From contig JAIVFI010000010.1 of NCBI GenBank assembly GCA_025558095.1, forward strand, positions 496,001 through 560,000: 64,000 nt of DNA. The letters run 5' to 3'. The notes under the pieces are model-generated. The model was not told where the DNA came from. It searched no databases and was given only the letters and a program-made list of their open reading frames with translations. A program made the translations under genes and the position numbers. Origin of the DNA: Hyaloraphidium curvatum SAG 235-1. Its lineage: Eukaryota; Fungi; Monoblepharomycota. Positions 34,942-48,290 of this stretch are shown in pieces. Position 1 is the first letter of the stretch; every line of letters starts with the position of its first letter.

Positions 34942-37501
34942 ATGAGCGAAACCAGGCCTCCGTCCAAGAATCGCATGTCGATTCAAGATCTCGCACGAAT
35001 CCTTGCCAAGAAGGACCGGATCATCAAGCCGGGAGTGGTGTACCCCGGGACGAGAATCCCGTTCCCTACGATCTGCACCCTAGACTACACGGAGTTCGAC
35101 TCGGTTTTCTGGGGCGGGGAGCGCGTCACCAGAGTGTGCCCCTGCTGCTTGAAGGGATGGCATGCATTGAGTGACCACGGCCTCAAGTCTGACAACAGGG
35201 AATGGTTCTTGGTCAAAGAGTCCCCGGCTTTCACCGCCGAGTTCAACAAACACGCAGCCGGGCTCATCGAGGTATCGAATCGCGGCGAGCTTCGTGTCAC
35301 GGCCGAGGGCAAGGACTCGATCACGATCACGCTCGTCTCGCACACCGTCAAGGACGTGTACATCACGGCACAGATACGTGACCGCCGAAACTCGAAACAC
35401 ATTTTGGCGAGCGCCGATGTGCATTGCATTACCTACTACTCGATCGTGGGCCTCGGGTTTTCGAGCGAGATCAGGCCGGGGGGTGGGCCGCGCGACCGTG
35501 TCGACCACGTCGACCAGAACAAGACGGTTTGACAAGCTGTTTCTCTTGCTACGCCTGAGTGCTGATCTCCCTTTCTCATATGCAGAACAATGCGATCGAA
35601 AACTTGCGTGCACTCGACCGTGGACTGAACGCACTGAACTGCAAGCGCTACGAGTTTCAGAACATGCCCCAGGGTGCAGTTGCGGACCGATCCACGTGGC
35701 CTGTTCAGTTCGTTCCCACCCTCGAGGCGAACGCGGGCTTCGCTATGGAGTGGGGTTCCGTCCGGGAAGCTGGAGATGCCAAGGTGCTCTACTCGCAGTT
35801 CGAGAAGGACAAGCGATACCGCGACACGCTTCTCGCCACCGGTTCGCTTGGGCAGGCCGTGAACCCGAAGACCTTGAACTCGAATCAGGTCTGGATCAAG
35901 GACCCGAAAGGGAAGCGCATCGACGGCATCATCCAGTACCTGCCGAACGCGTCGTGCGAGGAAGGAGAGGAGTACGTGCGCCTAACTCTGGGCGACGTCC
36001 GCGACGCCGTGCGCTCGCGAGCCGATCTGCGATCGAAGGAGCGGGACGACGAGGAAGAGCTGGAGGAATTCAAGGCGTACGAGACGATGCAGACCGCAAC
36101 CGAGCTCCTCTCCGAGGTCTACATGTCTACCTACGGCAACTGCATGACGGTCAGTGATCCCGATTGCCTTTGCTTTCCTCACTCACGGGTTTTGCAGCTG
36201 TCTTCCGACAAGCAACCCATGCAGTGGGGAGGGACGAAGAAGGACGACAGGATCCACCGGCTCCGAGTCAAGGTCAAGTGCGAAGACGGCGAAACGTACA
36301 CCGTCCCCTTCACTGCATCTCGCGGTTTCGCGGTTCTTTTCTCCGAACGCGAGGGCGAGCTTGGGCTTGTGCCGTTCTCCGAGCTCGACGTCGACCACGG
36401 CGACAACAGCCACTCCAACAATGCGGCCGTCAACCTGTTCTGGATGTGGCCGAAAGACAACCGCAGGAAGGAAACCAGTGAGTGATAGAATCGGACGATT
36501 CCGCCGGCCTTAATCGCAGCACGGCGGCAGAGAGGAGGTACGCTGACCGCCGGGCGGCTCTCAAGGGTACGCAGCTCCAAGATCGCCGGTTCAACATTGT
36601 TGCTAACCGGTCCGCAGCGGCGGCTGAGCGCAAGGCGGACAAGATCCTCGGCGTCAAGGCGGATCTGCCCAAGGACGGTGCCGCGGCGCCGGCTCTCCCG
36701 AGTGAAGCCGTTCTTCGTCCGGAGGCTCACCCGAAAGGTGAGCTGGGACCCTCGTTTCTGTCGCGCCTGTTAACCTTTCCTTCTCAGCGGAAACGGCGGG
36801 GACGAGCGTTCCGGATGCTGCCTCCGCCCCTGCCACCTTTCCTCCGACTGAGAACTCTTCCTTCCCCGCGAAGCGGTCCCGACCTCAAGGCCTTGAAGGC
36901 AACGGCAGCAGGAGCAACAGCACAGAGCAGGTTTCGGTGAGCCATCTTTTGGCTGGATCTAGTTTCGTCGTGCCTCACAATCTTTCCGAACAGGAACTCG
37001 GTTCTGCGCAGGGTGCGCACGTAGCATTTATGCCAGAGTCTGGTTTCGGATCTCCTCCGCGCAAGAAGCCTTTCGCAATGCCGACAGCCCTCTCGAGCGC
37101 CCCAGTCATCCTGGCTCCGGCGGCATCGGCTCTCCACCAACGGATGGCACCCTTCAGCGTGCCTTCTACGACTGAAGGAGCTCCTCCCGGGCCCAACGAA
37201 AACACTCCGGTGCCTCCTCAACATGTGGGCTTCCTAGCGCTTTCGTGAACGGTGGAGCTCGCGGGTGAAGCAGGTCTCCTAGACTCCGACTCAACAGGAA
37301 CTGGATGGTTATAGGAGCACGATCTCTCGCCTTCAAAGCGAGATAGTGCAAAAGGCCACAGACATCTTGATCCTCAAGAGCAGGAGGCTTCCCCGCGACC
37401 AGGCCAACATCAAGCGGCAGGAGAAGGTTTTGGACAAGATGCAAAGGGAGCTGGAGCTTGCCGAGAAAGACCTGAGGAAGGCAGAACGCAAGGCCCGGTA
37501 G
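34942..37501 (+). CDS. Spliced protein with two tandem NUMOD4-HNH (I-HmuI-like) endonuclease modules and a coiled-coil tail
   Basis: REWFLV..IEVSNRGELR; VDHVDQNKT|NNAIENLRALDRGLNALN formed across intron 35527-35585; second module VYMSTYGN ... VDHGDNSHSNNAAVNLFWMWPKDN. Exons after 36477 are tentative. Confidence 0.75.
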
Positions 37502-37824
37502 CAGCGATCGTGAGGTGCTTTGACGTGGACTGTCGTTGTCGACTGTTTCTGACTTTCCCAGGCTACCTCGAGCTTTCTCGTGGACATGTTGATACCTTTG
37601 TGATGGATACCTTCGACTTATCTTCGGACTCGTCATTGATACCTTCGACCAGATGTTTACCTTCCGGACTTGCGCATGGGGTAGTGCGTGATGTGTAGTA
37701 ATCGTTGTGGCATGGGGCCAATCGAGGTTGTTTTTCCATTCTCATCTCTTGCCTTGACTACAGTAGCACTCTGGATCTCTTTTTTGGCCTCCTCGTCGTT
37801 GTCTGACCCTTCCTCCCTTCGCAG

Positions 37825-38166
37825 ACTGCGCCGGAACGCATCCGTCCTTGAACCGGGACTACGCGATCCAGTTCTACAAGGTCGAACCCGTCGAAAACTC
37901 CCTCTACTGCCGCCACTCGTGCCCCCGCCGCGACGAGCTCCCCGCCGACGCCTGCGGCCGCCGCCGGCCCCCCAAGCAGGAGCGCAGCGGCTGGGGCGAC
38001 GCCACGGGCCTGTGGCTCTACGCCTTCCCCGGCCTCAGCCTCAACTGCTTCAGCCTGGGGTTCTACACCATCAAGGTCGTCCCGCTGTCGCCGGGGAGGA
38101 CGATGCTGGAGAGAGAGATCTTCGTGGGCGTCTATAATAGAGAAGATAAAGAGTCCGTCGATCTCG
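37825..38166 (+). pseudogene. Isolated exon of a Rieske ring-hydroxylating oxygenase (choline monooxygenase-like) catalytic domain
   Basis: After a ctgac..cgcag acceptor it reads (H)CAGTHPSLNRDY..GLWLYAFPGLSLN..YTIKVVPLSPGRTMLEREIF; no Rieske cluster exon upstream and no room for the C-terminus before the PEX7 stop. Confidence 0.65.
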
Positions 38167-38210
38167 TAAACCAATCCTCTGCATCTTTTTCGCAATTCGA
38201 CACATTCAAT

Positions 38211-39445
38211 TCAACGCCTCCGCATCAAGGGCGGCGGTGTAAACACGTGGATGAACTGATCCCAGCTGGCAGTCCCGATCTGCCCCTCCACGTAGAGGTT
38301 AAAGTCCAGGCCGAGCACAAACTCCGTGTGCTGGTCGTGCAAGTAGATCATGGCGTTCTCCTTGCCGGAAATGTCCCACAACCGCATCGTCATGTCGTAC
38401 GACGCCGAGGCGACGAGGTTGCCGTCGTGCGGGCTGCACTTCACCCGCCGCACCGCGTACTCGTGGCCCCGCAGGCACGTAATCTCCCGCTCCGGGAACC
38501 GCAAATCCCACACTTTGATCGTGTGGTCCACCGACGCCGTGACGAGCACGTTCTCGCGGTACTTGTTCCAGTCCAGCGACAGTATCTCGTTGTTGTGCGC
38601 CCGGAACGTCTGCATCGACCGCGGCGCTTTTGCGTCCCAGAGCTTCACGGTGTGGTCGCCGGAGCACGAGGCAAAGATGTCGGGTCCGTAGGGGTTCCAG
38701 ATGGTGGCGTAGATGCAGTGCGTGTGTTCCGCGTAGGTCCGGAGCGAGCGCGGAGCCTGCGGATTCCACTGCGGCGGAGGTTCAGACGGCGCGGAGATTG
38801 CAGCTGGAGCGACAAACCAGCTTGATGGTGTGGTCCCACGATCCGCTGACGAAGGTATCCTTCTTGACCATGTTCCAATTCACGCTGAAAACCTCCCTCG
38901 CGTGCTCATGCCAGTTCTGTATCGGAAAGTCCTGGTCGCCGCCGATGGGAAGTCAGCTACCCGCCGGAACGGCGCGCGTCCAGAACCCCTTCGGGGCCTG
39001 CCAGACGACAACGACGCACCGGCAGCGTCAGGTCCCAGAGCTTGATGCTTCCGTCTCCGCTGCTCGTGACGAGCTGGTTTTCGTGCATCTCCGACCACGC
39101 CACGTCAAAGAGGCCGTCCTGCGTGTCATACCTGTGGAAGACAAACCCATCGAAACCGAAGCCCGAGACAATACGCTGCCTTCACCCACGTCCGCTCCAC
39201 AACCATGCCGCCTCCCGGAGGCATTCCCGGCCGCGGCGGCGGACCACCCGTGGTGTTTAGAACCCAGAGCCTCCCATTGCCGACGATCCCAAAGTTGGCC
39301 GCCGACGCGCAGGCGATCTTGTTCTCGAAAAAAGGCGAGAACGAAAGCTGGACGTGCCAAGTTTGAGTCCACCGGCGGCCGCACTGGGGGCGAGAGGCCC
39401 CACGGAGTAGCCGTTGTAGCCCTCGGTTCGGAACCGCGAGAACAT
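38211..39445 (-). CDS. PEX7: PTS2 receptor, WD40 protein
   Basis: [81 protein letters not shown]. Confidence 0.95.
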
Positions 39446-39622
39446 GACGGCGGACAGATCGCGGCCCGATGGCGGCCGCAGATGCCAAGCAGCTTAGCGA
39501 CGGAGGTTACGCGCCGGAGCCGGCTTCGATGTAGGACGGAACGGCACGGGGACGAGAAGGAAGTTGCGGCAGCACCGGCGTTGCGGCAAACAAGCACATA
39601 CAACCAGGCCGATCAGAAAACG

Positions 39623-42600
39623 ATGTCGCTTGCTTCGCAGCTTGCGAAGCAGATATCGTCGCGGCAGTCCCGCACTGCGGTTGCGCCCGACGATGTCTCC
39701 AAGAACCGGGCCTCGTATCTCTTCGATGCCCGCGTTGCGGCCGACTACGACACCGAGACCATCCGGTCGCTGGGTCTGGACGGCCTTCGGGAGCTCATTC
39801 GTGGCCTTCCGCTTGCAACCGGAAGTGCGAAACCCTCCAGAGGCTTGCCGCAGTTTCAGGATTTCGAGCAGACCCTCTTCGGGGAGTCCTTGCGCGACTA
39901 CGACAGGACGCTTCACGTTGGTTCTGCCGCCCGCGGGTCCGGATTCCTCTGACACTATCCTGGCCGTGTTGCCCGGAACTGCAGTCCAAGGAAGAGAATG
40001 CGAAGCTGGACGAGAGCATTCGGTTGTTCCTCCGCCATGTGAGCCCGTTCTTCCTTTCCAAATCAGCTGCCAAGACCTTGGAGTGGCTCGTAAGGCGGTT
40101 TCGGATTCACGAGCTCAATGTGGACGACGTTGTTAGCTGCATTCTTCCTTACCATGAGGCCAAGCAGTTCGTGCCTATGGTTGCGATCCTGCGGATAGGG
40201 TGGGTTGTTTCTTGCCGTTGGTCGTGGCCGAAACCAACGGGCGGTTCTTTGAGCAGGGACGACAGCCGCTGGAGTTTCCTTCGTTCTGTGCAGCGTTCGG
40301 CGGTACCTTTGGATCGCAGCCACGTAATCCGGCGCTGCCGCACGGACCGCACGCTGCTCGACTTCATTGCGTCTTCGGCAATCACGTCTGCCAGAATTGG
40401 GATCAGGAACCCTGCTTTGGACGCACTTTTCGCCGCCACATCGGTCGGCCTCATGCGCGCCTTTCCCGAAGCTGTCGACGAGAACATGCTCGCGATGCTC
40501 CTGCCTCACGTCCTTGACATGGCGCGCGCAAAGGCCGCCCCGGATTCGCAGGCCGCCGCCCACATCGTGCTCCTTCAGCTTGGGTCGCAGATGACTCTCT
40601 CCGCCGAAGCTGTTGATGGCATGGTCGAGGTCCTTGCGCGGCGATCGAAGGATGTCGACGGCTCGATCGCCGTCCGGACCATTCTTTACCTGTGCCTCAC
40701 GCAGCCGGCCTTGACTCGCCTGTCGGACAGGGCCTTCAAACGCTTGGTGGATTTGGAGCCAGCTCGCATCAGGGCGGTAGCCGCGGAAATGGTGGCAAGC
40801 AAGGTCTCCGAGGTGCAGGCAGTCGACGCCGTCTGCGCGCCACTGGTGTCGCTGCTTCTAGCCAGATTCATCACCGATCCTTTTTGGTCGGATGAAACCT
40901 TCCGCGCTAAGCTTCTGGACCAGCTGAAGAATGGTGCACTTCCCCGCTTTTCGGTCGAAGCTTTTGCGAGGTCGTTCGCGGCCAAGCTTGCGAATGCCGT
41001 CTCCGAAACTGGCGACGGCGGGGAGGTGGAAGGTTTCCGGGACGTAGCGGAAGCCCTCGAATCCAATTGGGGTGCCCAGGCTGCCACCGCGCTCGATGCC
41101 GTCGCCGCCAGCAGCGCCGTACGGCGGTACTTTCGCGGGGATACGGCCAACGGATATTCCGCGCCAGGGAGCACCGCAAATCTTGTCGTGGACCTCAACT
41201 CTGTGGCTAAATCCGTACGGCTTGGTGCTCTGGAGCACCTGCTGAAAGAGCTTGGTCTCGAGGACGGACACCAAGAACCTGGTGACGAAGGGACCTCTCC
41301 AGAATCGGGTCGGGATGGCTTGGCCGAGATTGCTCGTGAGACCGTTCTTCGACGGCTTGCCATCGAGGACGACAAAGATGTGCTTCTGCTGCTCCTGGGT
41401 TGGGACGGGCTCACCTCACTTTTCTCTGGCCATCGCGAGGCCATCTTCGGGCGCGTGCTTCACATTTTCGGCGCAAACGACTCGAAACGTGTTCGCGTGG
41501 CCGCTTTTCGTGCCTTGGCGAGGATTGCCGCGGAAGAGCTCACAGTTGGAACCATCTTGATGCACGTTCTTTCCTCCCTACTGATAACTTCCGAGGTAAT
41601 CGCGTTTGTAGCGTGCTTGTTGGTCGCTGATTCGGTTTGCCAGAATCGGCAGGTCGCATCATCCTTTCTGGAGGCACTTCTGGATGTTTGCGCTTCCTTT
41701 CCGGAGTCTTTGCTTTCAGATCTCACCGAGGGGCTCCGCGAAGGAGCTGAGGTTCTTGGTGAGTCTGCTTCGGACGGAGAACCCAATGGCCTTCGGCTCG
41801 GGCGCAAGCGTTTGGGGGAGTTCAATCGGGTCCTCGTCAACACGGTCTCGCGCAACCTTGCGTCTTCGAGTACGGACAACGTACGGGGCCTGATTGAGTT
41901 CTTTGCTGCCGACGGACCTGGCGACGGTGTCGAACCGGCGAAGATCCTCTTTGCACTTGCGACATTGCAATCCGTGCTAGAGCGCGAGCCTCAAGTGACG
42001 CCGATCGACCTTCGCAGGGCAGCGATGGAAGCGTGTGTCCGAGTGATCAACACGGCCGCGCCGGTCCTCGATTCAGTCACCAAAGACCTTTGGGTGGAAA
42101 GGGGACTTCTGGAAAAGATCCCGAGGCAGGACGTGGATGCGCGAATGGTGGTCGAGTCGAGCTTGGCCTGCATTCGTTCCATTTTGCTATCCACCAGGAA
42201 GCTGTCTTCCGCGATTCTGTGGACGCGCGCCGCTCGAAGCCTCGAGAAACCCGACGGGGAGCTGCATTCTTACGAATCGCTGATACGGACTGCTTTTGAG
42301 GCTTGCGCATCGTCCGCCGTACTTGGACCGTACCAAAAGATACTGGAGGTCCTGTTCAAAGTTCACCTCGGTGCGGATGCCGTTGCTTTTCTGTCATCCT
42401 TTTGGTTCAAAGGCACCGAGACAGAGCCGCGTCTGTTGGATCGTACTCTGCGCATGGCCCTCGCTCTGATCCCGGAAACCGGGGAGCAATCTGTTTTGCT
42501 CGGAATAGTTACTCCGGTTCTGTGCTATCTAGCAAATCGGGACGAGAACGTTCGCGGGTCGGCCCTGTCCCTGCTCGAGGCCACACAAGGGCAGATGGTT

Positions 42601-45600
42601 TCGATCGGACGGGCCCCGCGGACGCGGAAGGGCGCCACGGGCGGCTTCCCAGGCACGGCTTTTGGCGAGATGGTAGTTGCGCTATCGGCACAGAAGGCCG
42701 AGATCGTGGCCGACGGGTCCCGTGCCAGCGAGATCCTTGCGAGGCACTTCAGCGACGAATCGGGTGAACAAAAGGGCAAAGAAGACGTGGTTTCGTGGTT
42801 GATTGCAGCGGCAAGGGAGTCGAATTCGGTTTCGCTTCAGATCGCCCTGCTTCAGCTCCTGGAACGAGTGTCCCTTCGTTCGAAGCTTGCAAGTCTCGCC
42901 CCGTCGCTTCAGGCGCTTCTCGCGGGGCCTGGCACAGCGCTATCTGACGAGAGCGAAGTACTTGCACGCCTGATGCTTCGGAGCGTGGACGCCGAAGAGC
43001 TAAACAGCCCAACTTCGAGGGTGCCGTCGCTGCTATTCGGTACCTTGTCGAAAGGCGCGCTTCCCGGAGCGGCTCGTGGGCACATCCTGGAAGCTGTCGT
43101 TGACCTCCTCCCGCTCGTTTTCCCGGATGTGGCCGAAGAGCGCCAAGGCGATATCGTAGCCCACCTTCTGAATCTCACGGCGCACGCGTCGCAGACTGTG
43201 CTTCAGCATGCTAGGGATGCTTTGCGGTCACTCAACGTCGACGGGCGCACTGTGACCTCCGAGCTCCGACAGTGCATGGCTTCTCTGTTTTCAAGCAAAG
43301 CCGCGGATTCGCCAAGGAAGAAGGCCAAGGTAGCGGCATCCGAGTACGCCGTTGAACCAGGCGCTCGGGATTGGCTATACCTTGTCTCCTTGCTGGAGCA
43401 CGTTCAGTACGGAACTGGTGAAGGTGCTTCAAAAGGCCTCATAGCCGCCCTGTTTGAGCTTTTGGGACACCTGAACGATGCCGCTACAAGCGGCGCCGGG
43501 TCTACAGAATACGCACGTCAGCTGACTTTGGAAGCTGCCCGGCGCTGCCTCGAGTCACACGATCACACGTTCGAACCGGTCGAGGACTCGGTGCTCAGGG
43601 TGGACAACGTCGTGCAATGTCTTCGGTCGTCCGACAACCCTCAGACTCATAGCGAGGTTCTTATGTTGCTCACGACCATCGCCAAGACGCATGCCGAACT
43701 CGTTGTGCACAACATCATGCCCGTGTTCACTTTCCTGGGAACAAACATGCTGCGGCAGGACGACAACTACAGCTTCTTTGTCATTCGTGAGACCATTGCG
43801 ACGCTGGTGCCTCGCCTGGTGGAGGTCGAGGGCGACGTATCGCACTCTGAGGCGGTGTCTCGGGCGAAACCCATCGTGCAGGTCTTCGTCGATGCACTGC
43901 AGCACATTCCCGCACATAGAAGGCTGGATCTTTTCGTTAACCTCGTGGAGGCGCTTGACCCGACCCTTCTGGATCTCGTCTTTGCGCGCTTGCTCGAGAA
44001 GTTTGTGTTGGATTCTTCAAACACCCCGGCGAGTGCTGCTGGCGTGCAACGGGAGAGCTTTGTAGAGTTTGGTTTGCTTTTGGCATCTCGTTTCAGTGTG
44101 GAAGTCAGGCTAGACTCCGCGGTCGGTCTGCTGCGTGCTTTGGACGAACAACCTGCCCGCACCGGTTCTAGCGGAAAGGATAGCTTGACTTCGGCTGCGG
44201 AACCAAGGCCGCTGTCGGACAAACAGCTTCGCCAGTACCGAATGGTCGTGACTGACTTTGTCGGGAGGCTCCTGGCTGGGAAGGAACTCGAACAGCATGC
44301 CTTGAGAGACGTCGAGGTGGCCACTGCCGTGCCGAAGTACGAGCCGAAGCTTCTGGCCATCGTGGAGCTGCTTCTGCTGTTGGTTACCCGTCTCACAGAC
44401 TCAGAGGCCGAGTTCGAGAGCTCCCATCTTGGGAGGTTCTGGAAGGCCCATTTCAAGCTCACGTACACTGTGCTTGCGAAAGTGAACGATCTTTTGTCGA
44501 TTCCCACCTTCCTCAAAATCGTGCGGCAGCTCATGACTCACGAGAGCATTGCCATAAGGAGGAAAGTGGTGGGGATGTTCGGGGAGAAGGTCTTTCCGCC
44601 AAAGTGGGCTTCCGGCAAAGAAACGGTGGCCCTGTTCAAGGCAGCTTTGGAGGAGCTTTTCCACACTGTCAGGAGTGTGTCGGCAGAAGCGGTTGATGAG
44701 GAGCTCTCCACGCTTCGGCGGTCAGCCATCAGGGCGATGAGTTTGCTGGCTGAAAAGCTCCATGGCGAGCATGCCGATCTCTTTGTTGATGCTATCCCTG
44801 CGATCCTTGGGCCGCACGCTCTTGGCAGTTCCGAGGACGACGACGTCGTCGCCTCCATGGATGCTCTGGCGTCGCTTTGGTGGGTGTCTTTCGTCGAGCT
44901 CGGATTGCATCGGCATGTCTGACGCAGTGTTGGCTCCAGTCGAAGCTTGGGTCCGCGGGCTCTTGGCCACCTGCCCAGGTTCATGCCGATGGTCATGTCC
45001 CAGCTTGGCGCCGCAGCGAAGGGCAAACGACGGTCGCTCAGGCGCCCGGGACTGCAGTGCACATTGGCCATTGTCATCATGTTCCCCCAATTCATGGGCC
45101 CCCATGCTGGGGACTTGCTCGACATCCTGTTTACTGGAGATTACGTAGAAGCGAAAGCCGATGACGCCGAGAAGGTGAGTACATGTTTCACCTTCCCCCT
45201 TACCCCCAACCGCTAACTGTCGTGCGAACGCGTTAGGCCCAGGATCTGGCCGAGAAACTGCGCCAGCAATTGTCCAGTGCAATCCCACCGCGATCGCTTA
45301 TACCGGTATTCGCCGCCGAAGTGGACAAGACGATCGGGCGTGGTCGATCATCTCTGGCGGCGCTCTTCCGTTGCGTCAGTACAGCGGTCGCCTCGATGTC
45401 TTCGGACAACCTTGTGGCGACATACAAGGCACTCTTCAAGATTTACGCGCGAGCCTTTGACCTCCGGCGGCTGGCACCCGCCACGTCCGCTTGGGCTGGC
45501 GATCAGATTGATCTCGCGGAAGCAGACATTGCCGCGAGCTTCGTTGCCATGGTGATGAAGCTTAATGAGGGTCTCTTCAAGCCCATGTTCGTCAAGTTGG

Positions 45601-46325
45601 TCGATTGGTCTACGCCGGATTCCACGAAGGCGGCCGCGAGTCTCGCCGAGGGCCGGCAGCTGGTGTTCTACAAGCTCTTGGATGCGCTCTTAGACAGCTT
45701 GAAGGTGATTGCTGCCGACTGTGCGCTTTGTCTGTGGATCTAATTGGCCCATCGACAGACGCTGTTCGTGCCGTATGTGTTCATGGTTGCGGATCAGATG
45801 CTTTCCATCCTGGAAGCCGCCGCCGTGGATGGATCCAGGCAATCTGGACGATGGACATTCGTCGTCTCGTCCTTGGCCAAGTCTTTTCTTCACGACACCG
45901 AGGGATTGTGGAGGCAGGACGGCCGCGCAGACAAGATTATGAAGGCGTTGGTCGACCAATTGGAAGCGGCTGGCGCGCCAAGTTCGCCGGGCTACATTGA
46001 TCGCATGAAGGCGCACGTGGTGCCTTGCGTAGCCGAGTACGCCGTTGCCGCGGGCTCTGAAAGGGCGCACAAGAGCCTGAACCTTGCACTTCTTGCCAAA
46101 TGTCGAAGCAGCACCGCAGAGGTCAGACTTGCGGCCCTTTGGAGCTTGCAGGCGATCTGGGAGAAGCTCGGGGACGAGCTTCTGCCTCATCTGCCTCAGA
46201 CGGTGCCGATTCTTGCCGATTTGTTGGAGGACGATGACCCACTGGTTGAGAGAACGACGCGGGAGCTGGCTCTGCGCATACAGGCCGTCATTGGAGAGGA
46301 CCTGATGACCTACATGACGCGGTGA
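39623..46325 (+). CDS. UTP10: U3 snoRNP HEAT-repeat protein Utp10/HEATR1
   Basis: MSLASQLAKQ, RASYLFD, KTLEWLVRRFRIHE..ILPYHE, HNIMPVFTFLG..RQDDNYS, HIPAHRRL, MVMKLNEGLFKPMF, ADLLEDDDPLVE. Confidence 0.95.
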
Positions 46326-46358
46326 AGCTAATATAGGGAGAACGGGCATGCATCCATG

Positions 46359-48206
46359 CTACTCCTCGGCACCGTTTGCACGTGTACTTCTGTCTGCTCC
46401 GCCCTTGCTATGCTTCTGCTTCGACTTCGACTGAGAAATCACCTGCTTCTTGTGTCCGGCCTTGCGGCGATCGAAGCCTGGGCGTGTATCTATCCGCGCC
46501 CTTGCAGGCGCCCTCTTCTTCAGCAAGCGCTTCAAAAGCTTTGATGGCTTCTCGAGTCGAAGCATCCACTCCGGCACCTCGCAGCCGCTTTCACGCATCA
46601 CGTTGACGATCGACTTCAAGTACGGCGCGTCTTCTTTGGTGAAGAACGTGACGGCCCGACCGCTGCGCCCCGCGCGTCCTGTGCGCCCGATCCTGTGAAT
46701 GTAGCTCTGCACCGTCTGCGGAAAATCGTAGTTCACGACCAGGTTCACGCCCTTGAAGTCGATACCGCGAGCCATGAGTTCCGTGCAAATTAGGACCCAG
46801 AGCGCCCCCGTTCGGAAGCTCTGCACGATGGCGTCCCGCTGCGCCTTTGTCCGTTCCGAATGCATCACGTCTACATTGATTCCCTCAAAAACCAGCTCGT
46901 GGAAAAGCTCCTTGGCGCGATCGATGGACTGAACGAACACCAGGACCGGCGGCTTGAAGCCTTCCTTGATCATGCGCCGTATCTCGAGCAGCTTTCCTTC
47001 CTCGGAGCCAACGAACAGCAGCTTCTGCTCTATGGTCTCCGTGGCCGCGTTTCTGCCGGAAACTCCTGGGTTAGGCCAACGAGCGGCACAAAGAGTCTCG
47101 GCCCGCTCACTTGTGTCCAATAACGACGCGGATGGGATCCTTCATGATCGAGGTTGCCAGCTCTTCCACCGAGGACGGGATGGTGGCGCTGTAGAGCGAG
47201 CGAACCACTTTGGGGTTCGTGCAAGCCGCGAAGATCTCGTCGATTTGATCCAAAAAGCCGAGATCCAACAGCTGGTCCGCCTCGTCGAGCACCAAGTGCC
47301 GGACCTTGTCAAGCTTCAGCGAGTCGTGCTTCAGAGCGTGGACGAGGCGGAGGGGCGTCGCGATGAGGATGTCTGATCCAAGGGGTGTGAGCAGCGAGGT
47401 CGAGCATGGAACGAGCACCGCTGCCCACCAAAGTGACCGAACTGAGCGGTAACCTTGGGATTCTCGAGGTTCGCGATCTGGGTGAGGAGGCATACCCTGA
47501 ACGGCTTCCCTTTGCTCAAATTCTGGAGGTGCCGGTACGTTTGCTGGGCGAGTTCACGAGTTGGCGAGATGATGACGGCCCGGAACCCTTCTTTGGTCGG
47601 TCCCCTGAGGTCGTGCAGGATCGGGAGGAGGAAAGCCAGCGTTTTCCCCGAGCCCGTCGGCGCGCAGGCAATGATCTCCCGCCCGTGTATGGAAATGGTC
47701 GTGGCCTGCATTTGGATTGGCGACGGCTCGGCAAAGTTCGCCGCCGCAACGTTCTTCCGGAGGTAGGCCTTGACTTTGAAGCGCTCAAAGAGCTCCTCAA
47801 ACGAGCGGACCGGATTGGGCACATCGGTGCCGTGAATCCGGATCCGATGACGCCTGCGGAATTCCTCAACGTCCTTCGGCGTGTCCAAAGACGCCTGCGC
47901 TCCCTCCGAGTCCGAAGTCGCTGCGTCACCCTCCACAGGTCCAGAGACTGCTCCATCGTCCACAACGGTGGGCTCCGCGACCTTTGCATCCCCAAAAAAG
48001 TCCAGCTCCGCCGATGCTACCTGCAGGGCCGGCATCGCCGACACGGAAACCTTCGCCCGCTTGCTCGGAGCCTGCGCGGCCGCACGTCACCAGGCGATGT
48101 GGCCGCCCTAACCAGCTTTTGATCCTACCTCGAAAATCGATACATCCTCCTCGAATTTTCTCTTGTTGTAGCTCGCGCCTCTCGAAAGCAGGGCGAATGG
48201 ATCCAT
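46359..48206 (-). CDS. ROK1: DEAD-box rRNA helicase Rok1/DDX52
   Basis: [68 protein letters not shown]. Confidence 0.93.
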
Positions 48207-48290
48207 TGTTTTCGTCGGGCTCCCCCCTGGCGTCGATCATGCGATGAACACAGTGCGAACTGCGCACACCACCCCCGGACCGGCGCAACC

